DNA of 64,000 nucleotides, from positions 257,052,001 to 257,116,000 of the forward strand of contig OZ024743.1 in NCBI GenBank assembly GCA_964016885.1, given 5' to 3'. This stretch comes from Eledone cirrhosa (lineage: Eukaryota). The notes under the pieces were generated by a model that did no database searches, was not told the origin of the DNA, and saw nothing but the letters and a program-made list of their open reading frames with translations. Numbering within the stretch: position 1 is the stretch's first letter; each line of letters opens with the position of its first letter. Positions 13,006 through 27,639 of the stretch are shown here, piece by piece. The translations under genes were made by a program, and so were the position numbers.

Positions 13006-14420
13006 GAGGTGTAGAGCCAGACAGAGTGTAATATAATAATTCAAGGATCAGGTGAGCACACGATGTTTAGGTTCACGTCAGTATCAAGGTGTAGAGCCAG
13101 ACAGAGTGTAATATAATAATACAAGGATCAGGTGAGCACTCGATGTTTAGGTTCACGTCAGTATCAAGCTGTAGAGCCAGACAGAGTGTAATATAATAAT
13201 ACAAGAATCAGGTGAGCACTCGATGTTTAGGTTCACGTCAGTATCAAGGTGTAGAGCCACACAGAGTGTAATATAATAATACAAGGATAAGGTGAGCACT
13301 CGATGTTTAGGTTCACGTCAGTATCAAGCTGTAGAGCCAGACAGAGTGTAATATAATAATAAAAGGATCAGCTGAGCACACGATGTTTAGGTTCACGTCA
13401 GTTTCAAGGTGTAGAGCCAGACATAGTGTAATATAGTAATACAAGGATCAGCTGAGCACTCGATGTTTAGGTTCACGTCAGTATCGAGGTGTAGAGCCAG
13501 ACAGAGTGTAATATAGTAATACAAGGATCAGCTGAGCACTCGATGTTTAGGTTCACGTCAGTATCAAGCTGTAGAGCCAGACAGAGTGTAATATAATAAT
13601 AAAAGGATCAGCTGAGCACACGATGTTTAGGTTCACGTCAGTTTCAAGGTGTAGAGCCAGACAGAGTGTAATATAATAATACAAGGATCAGGTGAGCACT
13701 CGATGTTTAGGTTCACGTCAGTATCAAGGTGTAGAGCCAGACAGAGTGTAATAAATAATACAAGAATCAGGTGAGCACACGATGTTTAGGTTCACGTCAG
13801 TATCAAGGTGTAGAGCCAGACAGAGTGTAATATAATAATACAAGGATCAGGTGAGCACTCGATGTTTAGGTTCACGTCAGTATCAAGGTGTAGAGCCAGA
13901 CAGAGTGTAATATAATAATACAAGGATCAGCTGAGCACTCGATGTTTAGGTTCACGTCAGTATCGAGGTGTAGAGCCAGACAGAGTGTAATATAATAATA
14001 CAAGGATCAGCTGAGCACTCGATGTTTAGGTTCACGTCAGTATCAAGGTGTAGAGCCAGACAGAGTGTAATATAATAATACAAGAATCAGGTGAGCACTC
14101 GATGTTTAGGTTCGCGTCAGTATCAAGGTGTAGAGCCAGATAGAGTGTAATATAATAATACAAGGATCAGCTGAGCACTCGATGTTTAGGTTCACGTCAG
14201 TATCAAGCTGTAGAGCCAGAGAGAGTGTAATACAAGTATCAGGTGAGCACTCGATGTTTAGGTTCACGTCAGTATCGAGGTGTAGAGCCAGACAGAGTGT
14301 AATATAATAATACAAGGATCAGGTGAGCACTCGATGTTTAGATTCACGTCAGTATCAAGCTGTAGGGCCAGAGAGAGTGTAATACAAGGATCAGGTGAGC
14401 ACTCGATGTTTAGGTTCACG
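6800..14420. repeat. 3952-bp-offset duplication (50 monomers, 6 short)
   Basis: ORFs 8033/11985 and 1073/5025 are offset by 3952, and 10155/14106 by 3951 after a 1-bp deletion. They share tcgcgtc, tagattcac and gtaggg variants. Several differences mean it is older than the 6960 event. Ends are approximate. Confidence 0.85.
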
Positions 14421-14467
14421 TCAGTATCGAGGTGTAGAGCCAGACAGAGTGTAATATAATAATACGA

Positions 14468-17400
14468 GGATCAGGTGAGCACTCGATGTTTAGGTTCACG
14501 TCAGTATCAAGGTGTAGAGCCAGACAGAGTGTAATATAATAATACAAGGATCAGGTGAGCACTCGATGTTTAGGTTCACGTCAGTATCAAGCTGTAGAGC
14601 CAGACAGAGTGTAATACAAGGATCAGGTGAGCACTCGATGTTTAGGTTCACGTCAGTATCGAGGTGTAGAGCCAGACAGAGTGTAATATAATAATAAAAG
14701 GATCAGGTGAGCACTCGATGTTTAGGTTCACGTCAGTATCATGGTGTAGAGCCAGACAGAGTGTAATATAATAATTCAAGGATCAGGTGAGCACTCGATG
14801 TTTAGGTTCACGTCAGTATCAAGGTGTAGAGCCAGACAGACTGTAATATAATAATACAAGGATCAGGTGAGCACTCGATGTTTAGGTTCACGTCAGTATC
14901 AAGCTGTAGAGCCAGACAGAGTGTAATATAATAATACAAGAATCAGGTGAGCACTCGATGTTTAGGTTCACGTCAGTATCAAGGTGTAGAGCCACACAGA
15001 GTGTAATATAATAATACAAGGATCAGGTGAGCACTCGATGTTTAGGTTCACGTCAGTATCAAGCTGCAGAGCCAGACAGAGTGTAATATAATAATACAAG
15101 GATCAGGTGAGCACTCGATGTTTAGGTTCTCGTCAGTATCAAGGTGTAGAGCCAGACAGAGTGTAATATAGTAATACAAGGATCAGCTGAGCACTCGATG
15201 TTTAGGTTCACGTCAGTATCGAGGTGTAGAGCCAGACAGAGTGTAATATAGTAATACAAGGATCAGCTGAGCACTCGATGTTTAGGTTCACGTCAGTATC
15301 AAGCTGTAGAGCCAGACAGAGTGTAATATAATAATAAAAGGATCAGCTGAGCACACGATGTTTAGGTTCACGTCAGTTTCAAGGTGTAGAGCCAGACAGA
15401 GTGTAATATAATAATACAAGGATCAGGTGAGCACTCGATGTTTAGGTTCTCGTCAGTATCAAGGTGTAGAGCCAGACAGAGTGTAATATAATAATACAAG
15501 GATCAGGTGAGCACTCGATGTTTAGGTTCTCGTCAGTATCAAGGTGTAGAGCCAGACATAGTGTAATATAGTAATACAAGGATCAGCTGAGCACTCGATG
15601 TTTAGGTTCACGTCAGTATCAAGGTGTAGAGCCAGACAGAGTGTAATATAATAATACAAGGATCAGCTGAGCACTCGATGTTTAGGTACACGTTAGTATC
15701 GAGGTGTAGAGCCAGACAGAGTGTAATATAATAATACAAGGATCAGGTGAGCACTCGATGTTTAGGTTCACGTCAGTATCAAGGTGTAGAGCCAGACAGA
15801 GTGTAATATAATAATAAAAGGATCAGCTGAGCACACGATGTTTAGGTTCACGTCAGTTTCAAGGTGTAGAGCCAGACAGAGTGTAATATAATAATACAAG
15901 GATCAGGTGAGCACTCGATGTTTAGATTCTCGTCAGTATCAAGGTGTAGAGCCAGACAGAGTGTAATATAATAATAAAAGGATCAGCTGAGCACTCGATG
16001 TTTAGGTTCACGTCAGTATCAAGCTGTAGAGCCAGACAGAGTGTAATATAATAATACAAGGATCAGGTGAGCACTCGATGTTTAGGTTCACGTCAGTATC
16101 AAGGTGTAGAGCCAGACAGAGTGTAATATAATAATACAAGGATAAGGTGAGCACTCGATGTTTAGGTTCACGTCAGTATCGAGGTGTAGAGCCAGACAGA
16201 GTGTAATATAATAATACAAGGATCAGGTGAGCACTCGATGTTTAGGTTCACGTCAGTATCAAGGTGTAGAGCAAGACAGAGTGTAATATAATAATAAAAG
16301 GATCAGGTGAGCACTCGATGTTTAGGTTCACGTCAGTATCAAGCTGTAGAGCCAGACAGAGTGTAATACAAGGATCAGGTGAGCACTCGATGTTTAGGTT
16401 CACGTCAGTATCGAGGTGTAGAGCCAGACAGAGTGTAATATAATAATAAAAGGATCAGGTGAGCACTCGATGTTTAGGTTCACGTCAGTATCAAGGTGTA
16501 GAGCCAGACAGAGTGTAATATAATAATACAAGGATCAGGTGAGCACTCGATGTTTAGGTTCACGTCAGTATCAAGCTGTAGAGCCAGACAGAGTGTAATA
16601 CAAGGATCAGGTGAGCACTCGATGTTTAGGTTCACGTCAGTATCGAGGTGTAGAGCCAGACAGAGTGTAATATAATAATAAAAGGATCAGGTGAGCACTC
16701 GATGTTTAGGTTCACGTCAGTATCATGGTGTAGAGCCAGACAGAGTGTAATATAATAATTCAAGGATCAGGTGAGCACTCGATGTTTAGGTTCACGTCAG
16801 TATCAAGGTGTAGAGCCAGACAGACTGTAATATAATAATACAAGGATCAGGTGAGCACTCGATGTTTAGGTTCACGTCAGTATCAAGCTGTAGAGCCAGA
16901 CAGAGTGTAATATAATAATACAAGAATCAGGTGAGCACTCGATGTTTAGGTTCACGTCAGTATCAAGGTGTAGAGCCACACAGAGTGTAATATAATAATA
17001 CAAGGATCAGGTGAGCACTCGATGTTTAGGTTCACGTCAGTATCAAGCTGCAGAGCCAGACAGAGTGTAATATAATAATACAAGGATCAGGTGAGCACTC
17101 GATGTTTAGGTTCTCGTCAGTATCAAGGTGTAGAGCCAGACAGAGTGTAATATAGTAATACAAGGATCAGCTGAGCACTCGATGTTTAGGTTCACGTCAG
17201 TATCGAGGTGTAGAGCCAGACAGAGTGTAATATAGTAATACAAGGATCAGCTGAGCACTCGATGTTTAGGTTCACGTCAGTATCAAGCTGTAGAGCCAGA
17301 CAGAGTGTAATATAATAATAAAAGGATCAGCTGAGCACACGATGTTTAGGTTCACGTCAGTTTCAAGGTGTAGAGCCAGACAGAGTGTAATATAATAATA

Positions 17401-18290
17401 CAAGGATCAGGTGAGCACTCGATGTTTAGGTTCTCGTCAGTATCAAGGTGTAGAGCCAGACAGAGTGTAATATAATAATACAAGGATCAGGTGAGCACTC
17501 GATGTTTAGGTTCTCGTCAGTATCAAGGTGTAGAGCCAGACATAGTGTAATATAGTAATACAAGGATCAGCTGAGCACTCGATGTTTAGGTTCACGTCAG
17601 TATCAAGGTGTAGAGCCAGACAGAGTGTAATATAATAATACAAGGATCAGCTGAGCACTCGATGTTTAGGTACACGTTAGTATCGAGGTGTAGAGCCAGA
17701 CAGAGTGTAATATAATAATACAAGGATCAGGTGAGCACTCGATGTTTAGGTTCACGTCAGTATCAAGGTGTAGAGCCAGACAGAGTGTAATATAATAATA
17801 AAAGGATCAGCTGAGCACACGATGTTTAGGTTCACGTCAGTTTCAAGGTGTAGAGCCAGACAGAGTGTAATATAATAATACAAGGATCAGGTGAGCACTC
17901 GATGTTTAGATTCTCGTCAGTATCAAGGTGTAGAGCCAGACAGAGTGTAATATAATAATAAAAGGATCAGCTGAGCACTCGATGTTTAGGTTCACGTCAG
18001 TATCAAGCTGTAGAGCCAGACAGAGTGTAATATAATAATACAAGGATCAGGTGAGCACTCGATGTTTAGGTTCACGTCAGTATCAAGGTGTAGAGCCAGA
18101 CAGAGTGTAATATAATAATACAAGGATAAGGTGAGCACTCGATGTTTAGGTTCACGTCAGTATCGAGGTGTAGAGCCAGACAGAGTGTAATATAATAATA
18201 CAAGGATCAGGTGAGCACTCGATGTTTAGGTTCACGTCAGTATCAAGGTGTAGAGCAAGACAGAGTGTAATATAATAATAAAAGGATCAG
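14468..18290. repeat. 1984-bp-offset duplication (25 monomers, 2 short): 14468-16306 matches 16452-18290
   Basis: Private variants recur at +1984: tcatgg (14741/16725), cagactgt, agctgcag, tagattctcg. Confidence 0.9.
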
Positions 18291-20747
18291 CTGAGCACAC
18301 GATGTTTAGGTTCACGTCAGTATCAAGGTGTAGAGCCAGACAGAGTGTAATATAATAATACAAGGATCAGGTGAGCACTCGATGTTTAGGTTCTCGTCAG
18401 TATCAAGGTGTAGAGCCAGACAGAGTGTAATATAATAATACAAGGATCAGGTGAGCACTCGATGTTTAGGTTCACGTCAGTATCAAGGTTTAGAGCCAGA
18501 CAGAGTGTAATATAATAAGACAAGGATCAGCTGAGCACTCGATGTTTAGGTTCACGTCAGTATCGAGGTGTAGAGCCAGACAGAGTGTAATATAATAATA
18601 CAAGTATCAGGTGAGCACTCGATGTTTAGGTTCACGTCAGTATCGAGGTGTAGAGCCAGACAGAGTGTAATATAATAATACAAGGATCAGGTGAGCACTC
18701 GATGTTTAGGTTCACGTCAGTATCAAGGTGTAGAGCCAGACAGATTGTAATATAACAATACAAGGATCAGGTGAGCACACGATGTTTAGGTTCACGTCAG
18801 TATCGAGGTGTAGAGCCAGACAGAGTGTAATATAATAATACAAGGATCAGGTGAGCACTCGATGTTTAGGTTCTCGTCAGTATCAAGGTGTAGAGCCAGA
18901 CAGAGTGTAATATAATAATACAAGGATCAGCTGAGCACTCGATGTTTAGGTACACGTTAGTATCGAGGTGTAGAGCCAGACAGAGTGTAATATAATAATA
19001 CAAGGATCAGGTGAGCACTCGATGTTTAGGTTCACGTCAGTATCAAGGTGTAGAGCCAGACAGAGTGTAATATAATAATAAAAGGATCAGCTGAGCACAC
19101 GATGTTTAGGTTCACGTCAGTATCAAGGTGTAGAGCCAGACAGAGTGTAATATAATAATACAAGGATCAGGTGAGCACTCGATGTTTAGGTTCTCGTCAG
19201 TATCAAGGTGTAGAGCCAGACAGAGTGTAATATAGTAATACAAGGATCAGCTGAGCACTCGATGTTTAGGTTCACGTCAGTATCAAGGTATAGAGCCAAA
19301 CAGAGTGTAATATAATAATACAAGGATCAGCTGAGCAATCGATGTTTAGGTACACGTTAGTATCGAGGTGTAGAGCCAGACAGAGTGTAATATAATAATA
19401 AAAGGATCAGCTGAGCATTCGATGTTTAGGTTCACGTCAGTATCAAGGTGTAGAGCCAGACAGAGTGTAATATAATAATACAAGGATCAGGTGAGCACTC
19501 GATGTTTAGGTTCACGTCAGTATCAAGGTGTAGAGCCAGACAGAGTGTAATATAATAATACAAGGATCAGGTGAGCACTCGATGTTTAGGTTCACGTTAG
19601 TATCGAGGTGTAGAGCCAGACAGAGTGTAATATAATAATACAAGGATCAGGTGAGCACTCGATGTTTAGGTTCACGTCAGTATCAAGGTGTAGAGCAAGA
19701 CAAAGTGTAATATAATAATAAAAGGATCAGCTGAGCACTCGATGTTTAGGTTCACGTCAGTATCGAGGTGTAGAGCCAGACAGAGTGTAATATAATAATA
19801 CAAGGATCAGGTGAGCACTCGATGTTTAGGTTCTCGTCAGTATCAAGGTGTAGAGCCAGACAGAGTGTAATATAATAATACAAGGATCAGGTGAGCACTC
19901 GATGTTTAGGTTCTCGTCAGTATCAAGGTGTAGAGCCAGACAGAGTGTAATATAATAATAAAAGGATCAGCTGAGCACTCGATGTTTAGGTTCACGTCAG
20001 TATCGAGGTGTAGAGCCAGACAGAGTGTAATATAATAATACAAGGATCAGGTGAGCACTCGATGTTTAGGTTCTCGTCAGTATCAAGGTGTAGAGCCAGA
20101 CAGAGTGTAATATAATAATAAAAGGATCAGGTGAGCACTCGATGTTTAGGTTCTCGTCAGTATCAAGGTGTAGAGCCAGACAGAGTGTAATATAATAATA
20201 CAAGGATCAGCTGAGCACTCGATGTTTAGGTTCACGTCAGTATCGAGGTGTAGAGCCAGACAGAGTGTAATATAATAATACAAGGATCAGGTGAGCACTC
20301 GATGTTTAGGTTCACGTCAGTATCGAGGTGTAGAGCCAGACAGAGTGTAATATAATAATACAAGGATCAGCTGAGCACTCGATGTTTAGGTTCACGTCAG
20401 TATCAAGGTGTAGAGCCAGACAGAGTGTAATATAATAATACAAGGATCAGCTGAGCACTCGATGTTTAGGTTCACGTCAGTATCGAGGTGTAGAGCCAGA
20501 CAGAGTGTAATATAATAATACAAGGATCAGCTGAGCACTCGATGTTTAGGTTCACGTCAGTATCGTGGTGTAGAGCCAGAGAGAGTGTAATACAAGGATC
20601 AGGTGAGCACTCGATGTTTAGGTTCACGTCAGTATCAAGGAGTAGAGCCAGACAGAGTGTAATACAAGGATCAGGTGAACACTCGATGTTTAGGTTCACG
20701 TCAGTATCGAGGTGTAGAGCCAGACAGAGTGTAATATAATAATACAC

Positions 20748-23700
20748 GGATCAGGTGAGCACTCGATGTTTAGGTTCACGTCAGTATCAAGGTGTAGAGC
20801 CAGACAGAGTGTAATATAATAATACAAGTATCAGGTGAGCACTCGATGTTTAGGTTCACGTCAGTATCAAGCTGTAGAGCCAGAGAGAGTGTAATACAAG
20901 GATCAGGTGAGCACTCGATGTTTAGGTTCACGTCAGTATCAAGGAGTAGAGCCAGACAGAGTGTAATACAAGGATCAGGTGAGCACTCGATGTTTAGGTT
21001 CACGTCAGTATCAAGGTGTAGAGCCAGACAGAGTGTAATATAATAATTCAAGGATCAGGTGAGCACTCGATGTTTAGGTTCACGTCAGTATCAAGGTGTA
21101 GAGCCAGACAGAGTGTAATATAATAATTCAAGGATCAGGTGAGCACTCGATGTTTAGGTTCACGTCAGTATCAAGGTGTAGAGCCAGACAGAGTGTAATA
21201 TAATAATTCAAGGATCAGGTGAGCACTCGATGTTTAGGTTCACGTCAGTATCAAGGTGTAGAGCCAGACAGAGTGTAATATAATAATACAAGGATCAGGT
21301 GAGCACTCGATGTTTAGGTTCACGTCAGTATCAAGGTGTAGAGCCAGACAGAGTGTAATATAATAATACAAGAATCAGGTGAGCACTCGATGTTTAGGTT
21401 CACGTCAGTTTCAAGGTGTAGAGCAAGACAGAGTGTAATATAATAATACAAGGATCAGGTGAGCACTCGATGTTTAGGTTCACGTCAGTATCGAGGTGTA
21501 GAGCCAGACAGAGTGTAATATAATAATTCAAGGATCAGGTGAGCACACGATGTTTAGGTTCACGTCAGTATCAAGGTGTAGAGCCAGACAGAGTGTAATA
21601 TAATAATACAAGGATCAGGTGAGCACTCGATGTTTAGGTTCACGTCAGTATCAAGCTGTAGAGCCAGACAGAGTGTAATATAATAATACAAGAATCAGGT
21701 GAGCACTCGATGTTTAGGTTCACGTCAGTATCAAGGTGTAGAGCCACACAGAGTGTAATATAATAATACAAGGATAAGGTGAGCACTCGATGTTTAGGTT
21801 CACGTCAGTATCAAGCTGTAGAGCCAGACAGAGTGTAATATAATAATAAAAGGATCAGCTGAGCACACGATGTTTAGGTTCACGTCAGTTTCAAGGTGTA
21901 GAGCCAGACATAGTGTAATATAGTAATACAAGGATCAGCTGAGCACTCGATGTTTAGGTTCACGTCAGTATCGAGGTGTAGAGCCAGACAGAGTGTAATA
22001 TAGTAATACAAGGATCAGCTGAGCACTCGATGTTTAGGTTCACGTCAGTATCAAGCTGTAGAGCCAGACAGAGTGTAATATAATAATAAAAGGATCAGCT
22101 GAGCACACGATGTTTAGGTTCACGTCAGTTTCAAGGTGTAGAGCCAGACAGAGTGTAATATAATAATACAAGGATCAGGTGAGCACTCGATGTTTAGGTT
22201 CTCGTCAGTATCAAGGTGTAGAGCCAGACAGAGTGTAATATAATAATACAAGGATCAGGTGAGCACTCGATGTTTAGGTTCTCGTCAGTATCAAGGTGTA
22301 GAGCCAGACAGAGTGTAATATAGTAATACAAGGATCAGCTGAGCACTCGATGTTTAGGTTCACGTCAATATCAAGGTGTAGAGCCAGACAGAGTGTAATA
22401 TAATAATACAAGGATCAGCTGAGAACTCGATGTTTAGGTACACGTTAGTATCGAGGTGTAGAGCCAGACAGAGTGTAATATAATAATACAAGGATCAGGT
22501 GAGCACTCGATGTTTAGGTTCACGTCAGTATCAAGGTGTAGAGCCAGACAGAGTGTAATATAATAATACAAGGATCAGGTGAGCACTCGATGTTTAGGTT
22601 CACGTCAGTATCAAGCTGTAGAGCCAGAGAGAGTGTAATACAAGGATCAGGTGAGCACTCGATGTTTAGGTTCACGTCAGTATCAAGGAGTAGAGCCAGA
22701 CAGAGTGTAATACAAGGATCAGGTGAGCACTCGATGTTTAGGTTCACGTCAGTATCAAGGTGTAGAGCCAGACAGAGTGTAATATAATAATTCAAGGATC
22801 AGGTGAGCACTCGATGTTTAGGTTCACGTCAGTATCAAGGTGTAGAGCCAGACAGAGTGTAATATAATAATTCAAGGATCAGGTGAGCACTCGATGTTTA
22901 GGTTCACGTCAGTATCAAGGTGTAGAGCCAGACAGAGTGTAATATAATAATTCAAGGATCAGGTGAGCACTCGATGTTTAGGTTCACGTCAGTATCAAGG
23001 TGTAGAGCCAGACAGAGTGTAATATAATAATACAAGGATCAGGTGAGCACTCGATGTTTAGGTTCACGTCAGTATCAAGGTGTAGAGCCAGACAGAGTGT
23101 AATATAATAATACAAGAATCAGGTGGGCACTCGATGTTTAGGTTCACGTCAGTTTCAAGGTGTAGAGCAAGACAGAGTGTAATATAATAATACAAGGATC
23201 AGGTGAGCACTCGATGTTTAGGTTCACGTCAGTATCAAGGTGTAGAGCCAGACAGAGTGTAATATAATAATTCAAGGATCAGGTGAGCACACGATGTTTA
23301 GGTTCACGTCAGTATCAAGGTGTAGAGCCAGACAGAGTGTAATATAATAATACAAGGATCAGGTGAGCACTCGATGTTTAGGTTCACGTCAGTATCAAGC
23401 TGTAGAGCCAGACAGAGTGTAATATAATAATACAAGAATCAGGTGAGCACTCGATGTTTAGGTTCACGTCAGTATCAAGGTGTAGAGCCACACAGAGTGT
23501 AATATAATAATACAAGGATAAGGTGAGCACTCGATGTTTAGGTTCACGTCAGTATCAAGCTGTAGAGCCAGACAGAGTGTAATATAATAATAAAAGTATC
23601 AGCTGAGCACACGATGTTTAGGTTCACGTCAGTTTCAAGGTGTAGAGCCAGACATAGTGTAATATAGTAATACAAGGATCAGCTGAGCACTCGATGTTTA

Positions 23701-24312
23701 GGTTCACGTCAGTATCGAGGTGTAGAGCCAGACAGAGTGTAATATAGTAATACAAGGATCAGCTGAGCACTCGATGTTTAGGTTCACGTCAGTATCAAGC
23801 TGTAGAGCCAGACAGAGTGTAATATAATAATAAAAGGATCAGCTGAGCACACGATGTTTAGGTTCACGTCAGTTTCAAGGTGTAGAGCCAGACAGAGTGT
23901 AATATAATAATACAAGGATCAGGTGAGCACTCGATGTTTAGGTTCTCGTCAGTATCAAGGTGTAGAGCCAGACAGAGTGTAATATAATAATACAAGGATC
24001 AGGTGAGCACTCGATGTTTAGGTTCTCGTCAGTATCAAGGTGTAGAGCCAGACAGAGTGTAATATAGTAATACAAGGATCAGCTGAGCACTCGATGTTTA
24101 GGTTCACGTCAATATCAAGGTGTAGAGCCAGACAGAGTGTAATATAATAATACAAGGATCAGCTGAGAACTCGATGTTTAGGTACACGTTAGTATCGAGG
24201 TGTAGAGCCAGACAGAGTGTAATATAATAATACAAGGATCAGGTGAGCACTCGATGTTTAGGTTCACGTCAGTATCAAGGTGTAGAGCCAGACAGAGTGT
24301 AATATAATAATA
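20748..24312. repeat. 1744-bp tandem duplication (22 monomers, 2 short), also present at +21768
   Basis: ORFs 20776/22520 pair up and share cgtcaatatc and gagaactc variants. About four differences between copies (near 20829, 23126, 23237, 23597). Confidence 0.88.
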
Positions 24313-27191
24313 AAAGGATCAGCTGAGCACACGATGTTTAGGTTCACGTCAGTTTCAAGGTGTAGAGCCAGACAGAGTGTAATATAATAATACAAGGATC
24401 AGGTCAGCACTCGATGTTTAGATTCTCGTCAGTATCAAGGTGTAGAGCCAGACAGAGTGTAATATAATAATAAAAGGATCAGCTGAGCACTCGATGTTTA
24501 GGTTCACGGCAGTATCAAGCTGTAGAGCCAGACAGAGTGTAATATAATAATACAAGGATCAGGTGAGCACTCGATGTTTAGGTTCACGTCAGTATCAAGG
24601 TGTAGAGCCAGACAGAGTGTAATATAATAATACAAGGATCAGGTGAGCACTCGATGTTTAGGTTCACGTCAGTATCGAGGTGTAGAGCCAGACAGAGTGT
24701 AATATAATAATACAAGGATCAGGTGAGCACTCGATGTTTAGGTTCACGTCAGTATCAAGGTGTAGAGCAAGACAGAGTGTAATATAATAATAAAAGGATC
24801 AGCTGAGCACACGATGTTTAGGTTCACGTCAGTATCAAGGTGTAGAGCCAGACAGAGTGTAATATAATAATACAATGATCAGGTGAGCACTCGATGTTTA
24901 GGTTCTCGTCAGTATCAAGGTGTAGAGCCAGACAGAGTGTAATATAATAATACAAGGATCAGGTGAGCACTCGATGTTTAGGTTCACGTCAGTATCAAGG
25001 TGTAGAGCCAGACAGAGTGTAATATAATAAGACAAGGATCAGCTGAGCACTCGATGTTTAGGTTCACGTCAGTATCGAGGTGTAGAGCCAGACAGAGTGT
25101 AATATAATAATACAAGGATCAGGTGAGCACTCGATGTTTAGGTTCACGTCAGTATCAAGGTGTAGAGCCAGACAGAGTGTAATATAATAATACAAGGATC
25201 AGCTGAGCACTCGATGTTTAGGTTCACGTCAGTATCAAGGTGTAGAGCCAGACAGAGTGTAATATAATAATACAAGGATCAGCTGAGCACTCGATGTTTA
25301 GGTTCACGTCAGTATCAAGGTGTAGAGCCAGACAGAGTGTGATATAATAATTCAAGGATCAGGTGAGCACTCGATGTTTAGGTTCACGTCAGTATCAAGG
25401 TGTAGAGCCAGACAGAGTGTAATATAATAATACAAGGATCAGGTGAGCAGTCGATGTTTAGGTTCACGTCAGTATCAAGGTGTAGAGCAACACAGAGTGT
25501 AATATAATAATACAAGGATCAGCTGAGCACACGATGTTTAGGTTCACGTCAGTATCAAGGTGTAGAGCCAGACAGAGTGTAATAAAATAATACAAGGATC
25601 AGGTGAGCACTCGATGTTTAGGTTCACGTCAGTATCGAGGTGTAGAGCCAGACAGAGTGTAATATAATAATACAAGGATCAGGTGAGCACTCGATGTTTA
25701 GGTTCACGTCAGTATCAAGGTGTAGAGCCAGACAGAGTGTAATATAACAATACAAGGATCAGGTGAGCACACGATGTTTAGGTTCACGTCAGTATCGAGG
25801 TGTAGAGCCAGACAGAGTGTAATATAATAATACAAGGATCAGGTGAGCACTCGATGTTTAGGTTCTCGTCAGTATCAAGGTGTAGAGCCAGACAGAGTGT
25901 AATATAGTAATACAAGGATCAGCTGAGCACTCGATGTTTAGGTTCACGTCAGTATCAAGGTATAGAGCCAGACAGAGTGTAATATAATAATACAAGGATC
26001 AGGTGAGCAATCGATGTTTAGGTACACGTTAGTATCGAGGTGTAGAGCCAGACAGAGTGTAATATAATAATAAAACGATCAGCTGAGCACTCGATGTTTA
26101 GGTTCACGTCAGTATCAAGGTGTAGAGCCAGACAGAGTGTAATATAATAATACAAGGATCAGGTGAGCACTCGATGTTTAGGTTCACGTCAGTATCAAGG
26201 TGTAGAGCCAGACAGAGTGTAATATAATAATACAAGGATCAGGTGAGCACTCGATGTTTAGGTTCACGTCAGTATCGAGGTGTAGAGCCAGAAAGAGTGT
26301 AATATAATAATACAAGGATCAGGTGAGCACTCGATGTTTAGGTTCACGTCAGTATCAAGGTGTAGAGCAAGACAGAGTGTAATATAATAATAAAAGGATC
26401 AGCTGAGCACTCGATGTTTAGGTTCACGTCAGTATCGAGGTGTAGAGCCAGACAGAGTGTAATATAATAATACAAGGATCAGGTGAGCACTCGATGTTTA
26501 GGTTCTCGTCAGTATCAAGGTGTAGAGCCAGACAGAGTGTAATATAATAATACAAGGATCAGGTGAGCACTCGATGTTTAGGTTCTCGTCAGTATCAAGG
26601 TGTAGAGCCAGACAGAGTGTAATATAATAATACAAGGATCAGCTGAGTACTCGATGTTTAGGTTCACGTCAGTATCAAGGTGTAGAGCCAGACAGAGTGT
26701 AATATAATAATACGAGGATCAGGTGAGCACTCGATGTTTAGGTTCTCGTCAGTATCAAGGTGTAGAGCCAGACAGAGTGTAATATAATAATACAAGGATC
26801 AGGTGAGCACTCGATGTTTAGGTTCTCGTCAGTATCAAGGTGTAGAGCCAGACAGAGTGTAATATAATAATACAAGGATCAGCTGAGCACTCGATGTTTA
26901 GGTTCACGTCAGTATCGAGGTGTAGAGCCAGACAGAGTGTAATATAATAATACAAGGATCAGGTGAGCACTCGATGTTTAGGTTCACGTCAGTATCGAGG
27001 TGTAGAGCCAGACAGAGTGTAATATAATAATACAAGAATCAGCTGAGCACTCGATGTTTAGGTTCACGTCAGTATCAAGGTGTAGAGCCAGACAGAGTGT
27101 AATATAATAATACAAGGATCAGCTGAGCACTCGATGTTTAGGTTCACGTCAGTATCGAGGTGTAGAGCCAGACAGAGTGTAATATAATAAT

Positions 27192-27639
27192 ACAAGGATC
27201 AGCTGAGCACTCGATGTTTAGGTTCACGTCAGTATCGTGGTGTAGAGCCAGAGAGAGTGTAATACAAGGATCAGGTGAGCACTCGATGTTTAGGTTCACG
27301 TCAGTATCAAGGAGTAGAGCCAGACAGAGTGTAATACAAGGATCAGGTGAGCACTCGATGTTTAGGTTCACGTCAGTATCGAGGTGTAGAGCCAGACAGA
27401 GTGTAATATAATAATACAAGGATCAGCTGAGCACTCGATGTTTAGGTTCACGTCAGTATCGTGGTGTAGAGCCAGAGAGAGTGTAATACAAGGATCAGGT
27501 GAGCACTCGATGTTTAGGTTCACGTCAGTATCAAGGAGTAGAGCCAGACAGAGTGTAATACAAGGATCAGGTGAGCACTCGATGTTTAGGTTCACGTCAG
27601 TATCGAGGTGTAGAGCCAGACAGAGTGTAATATAATAAT
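27192..27639. repeat. 224-bp tandem duplication (72+72+80), also at 48960-49407
   Basis: The tcgtgg-short / aaggag-short / tcga-long triplet occurs twice in a row. ORFs 27144/27368 are identical. Confidence 0.92.
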
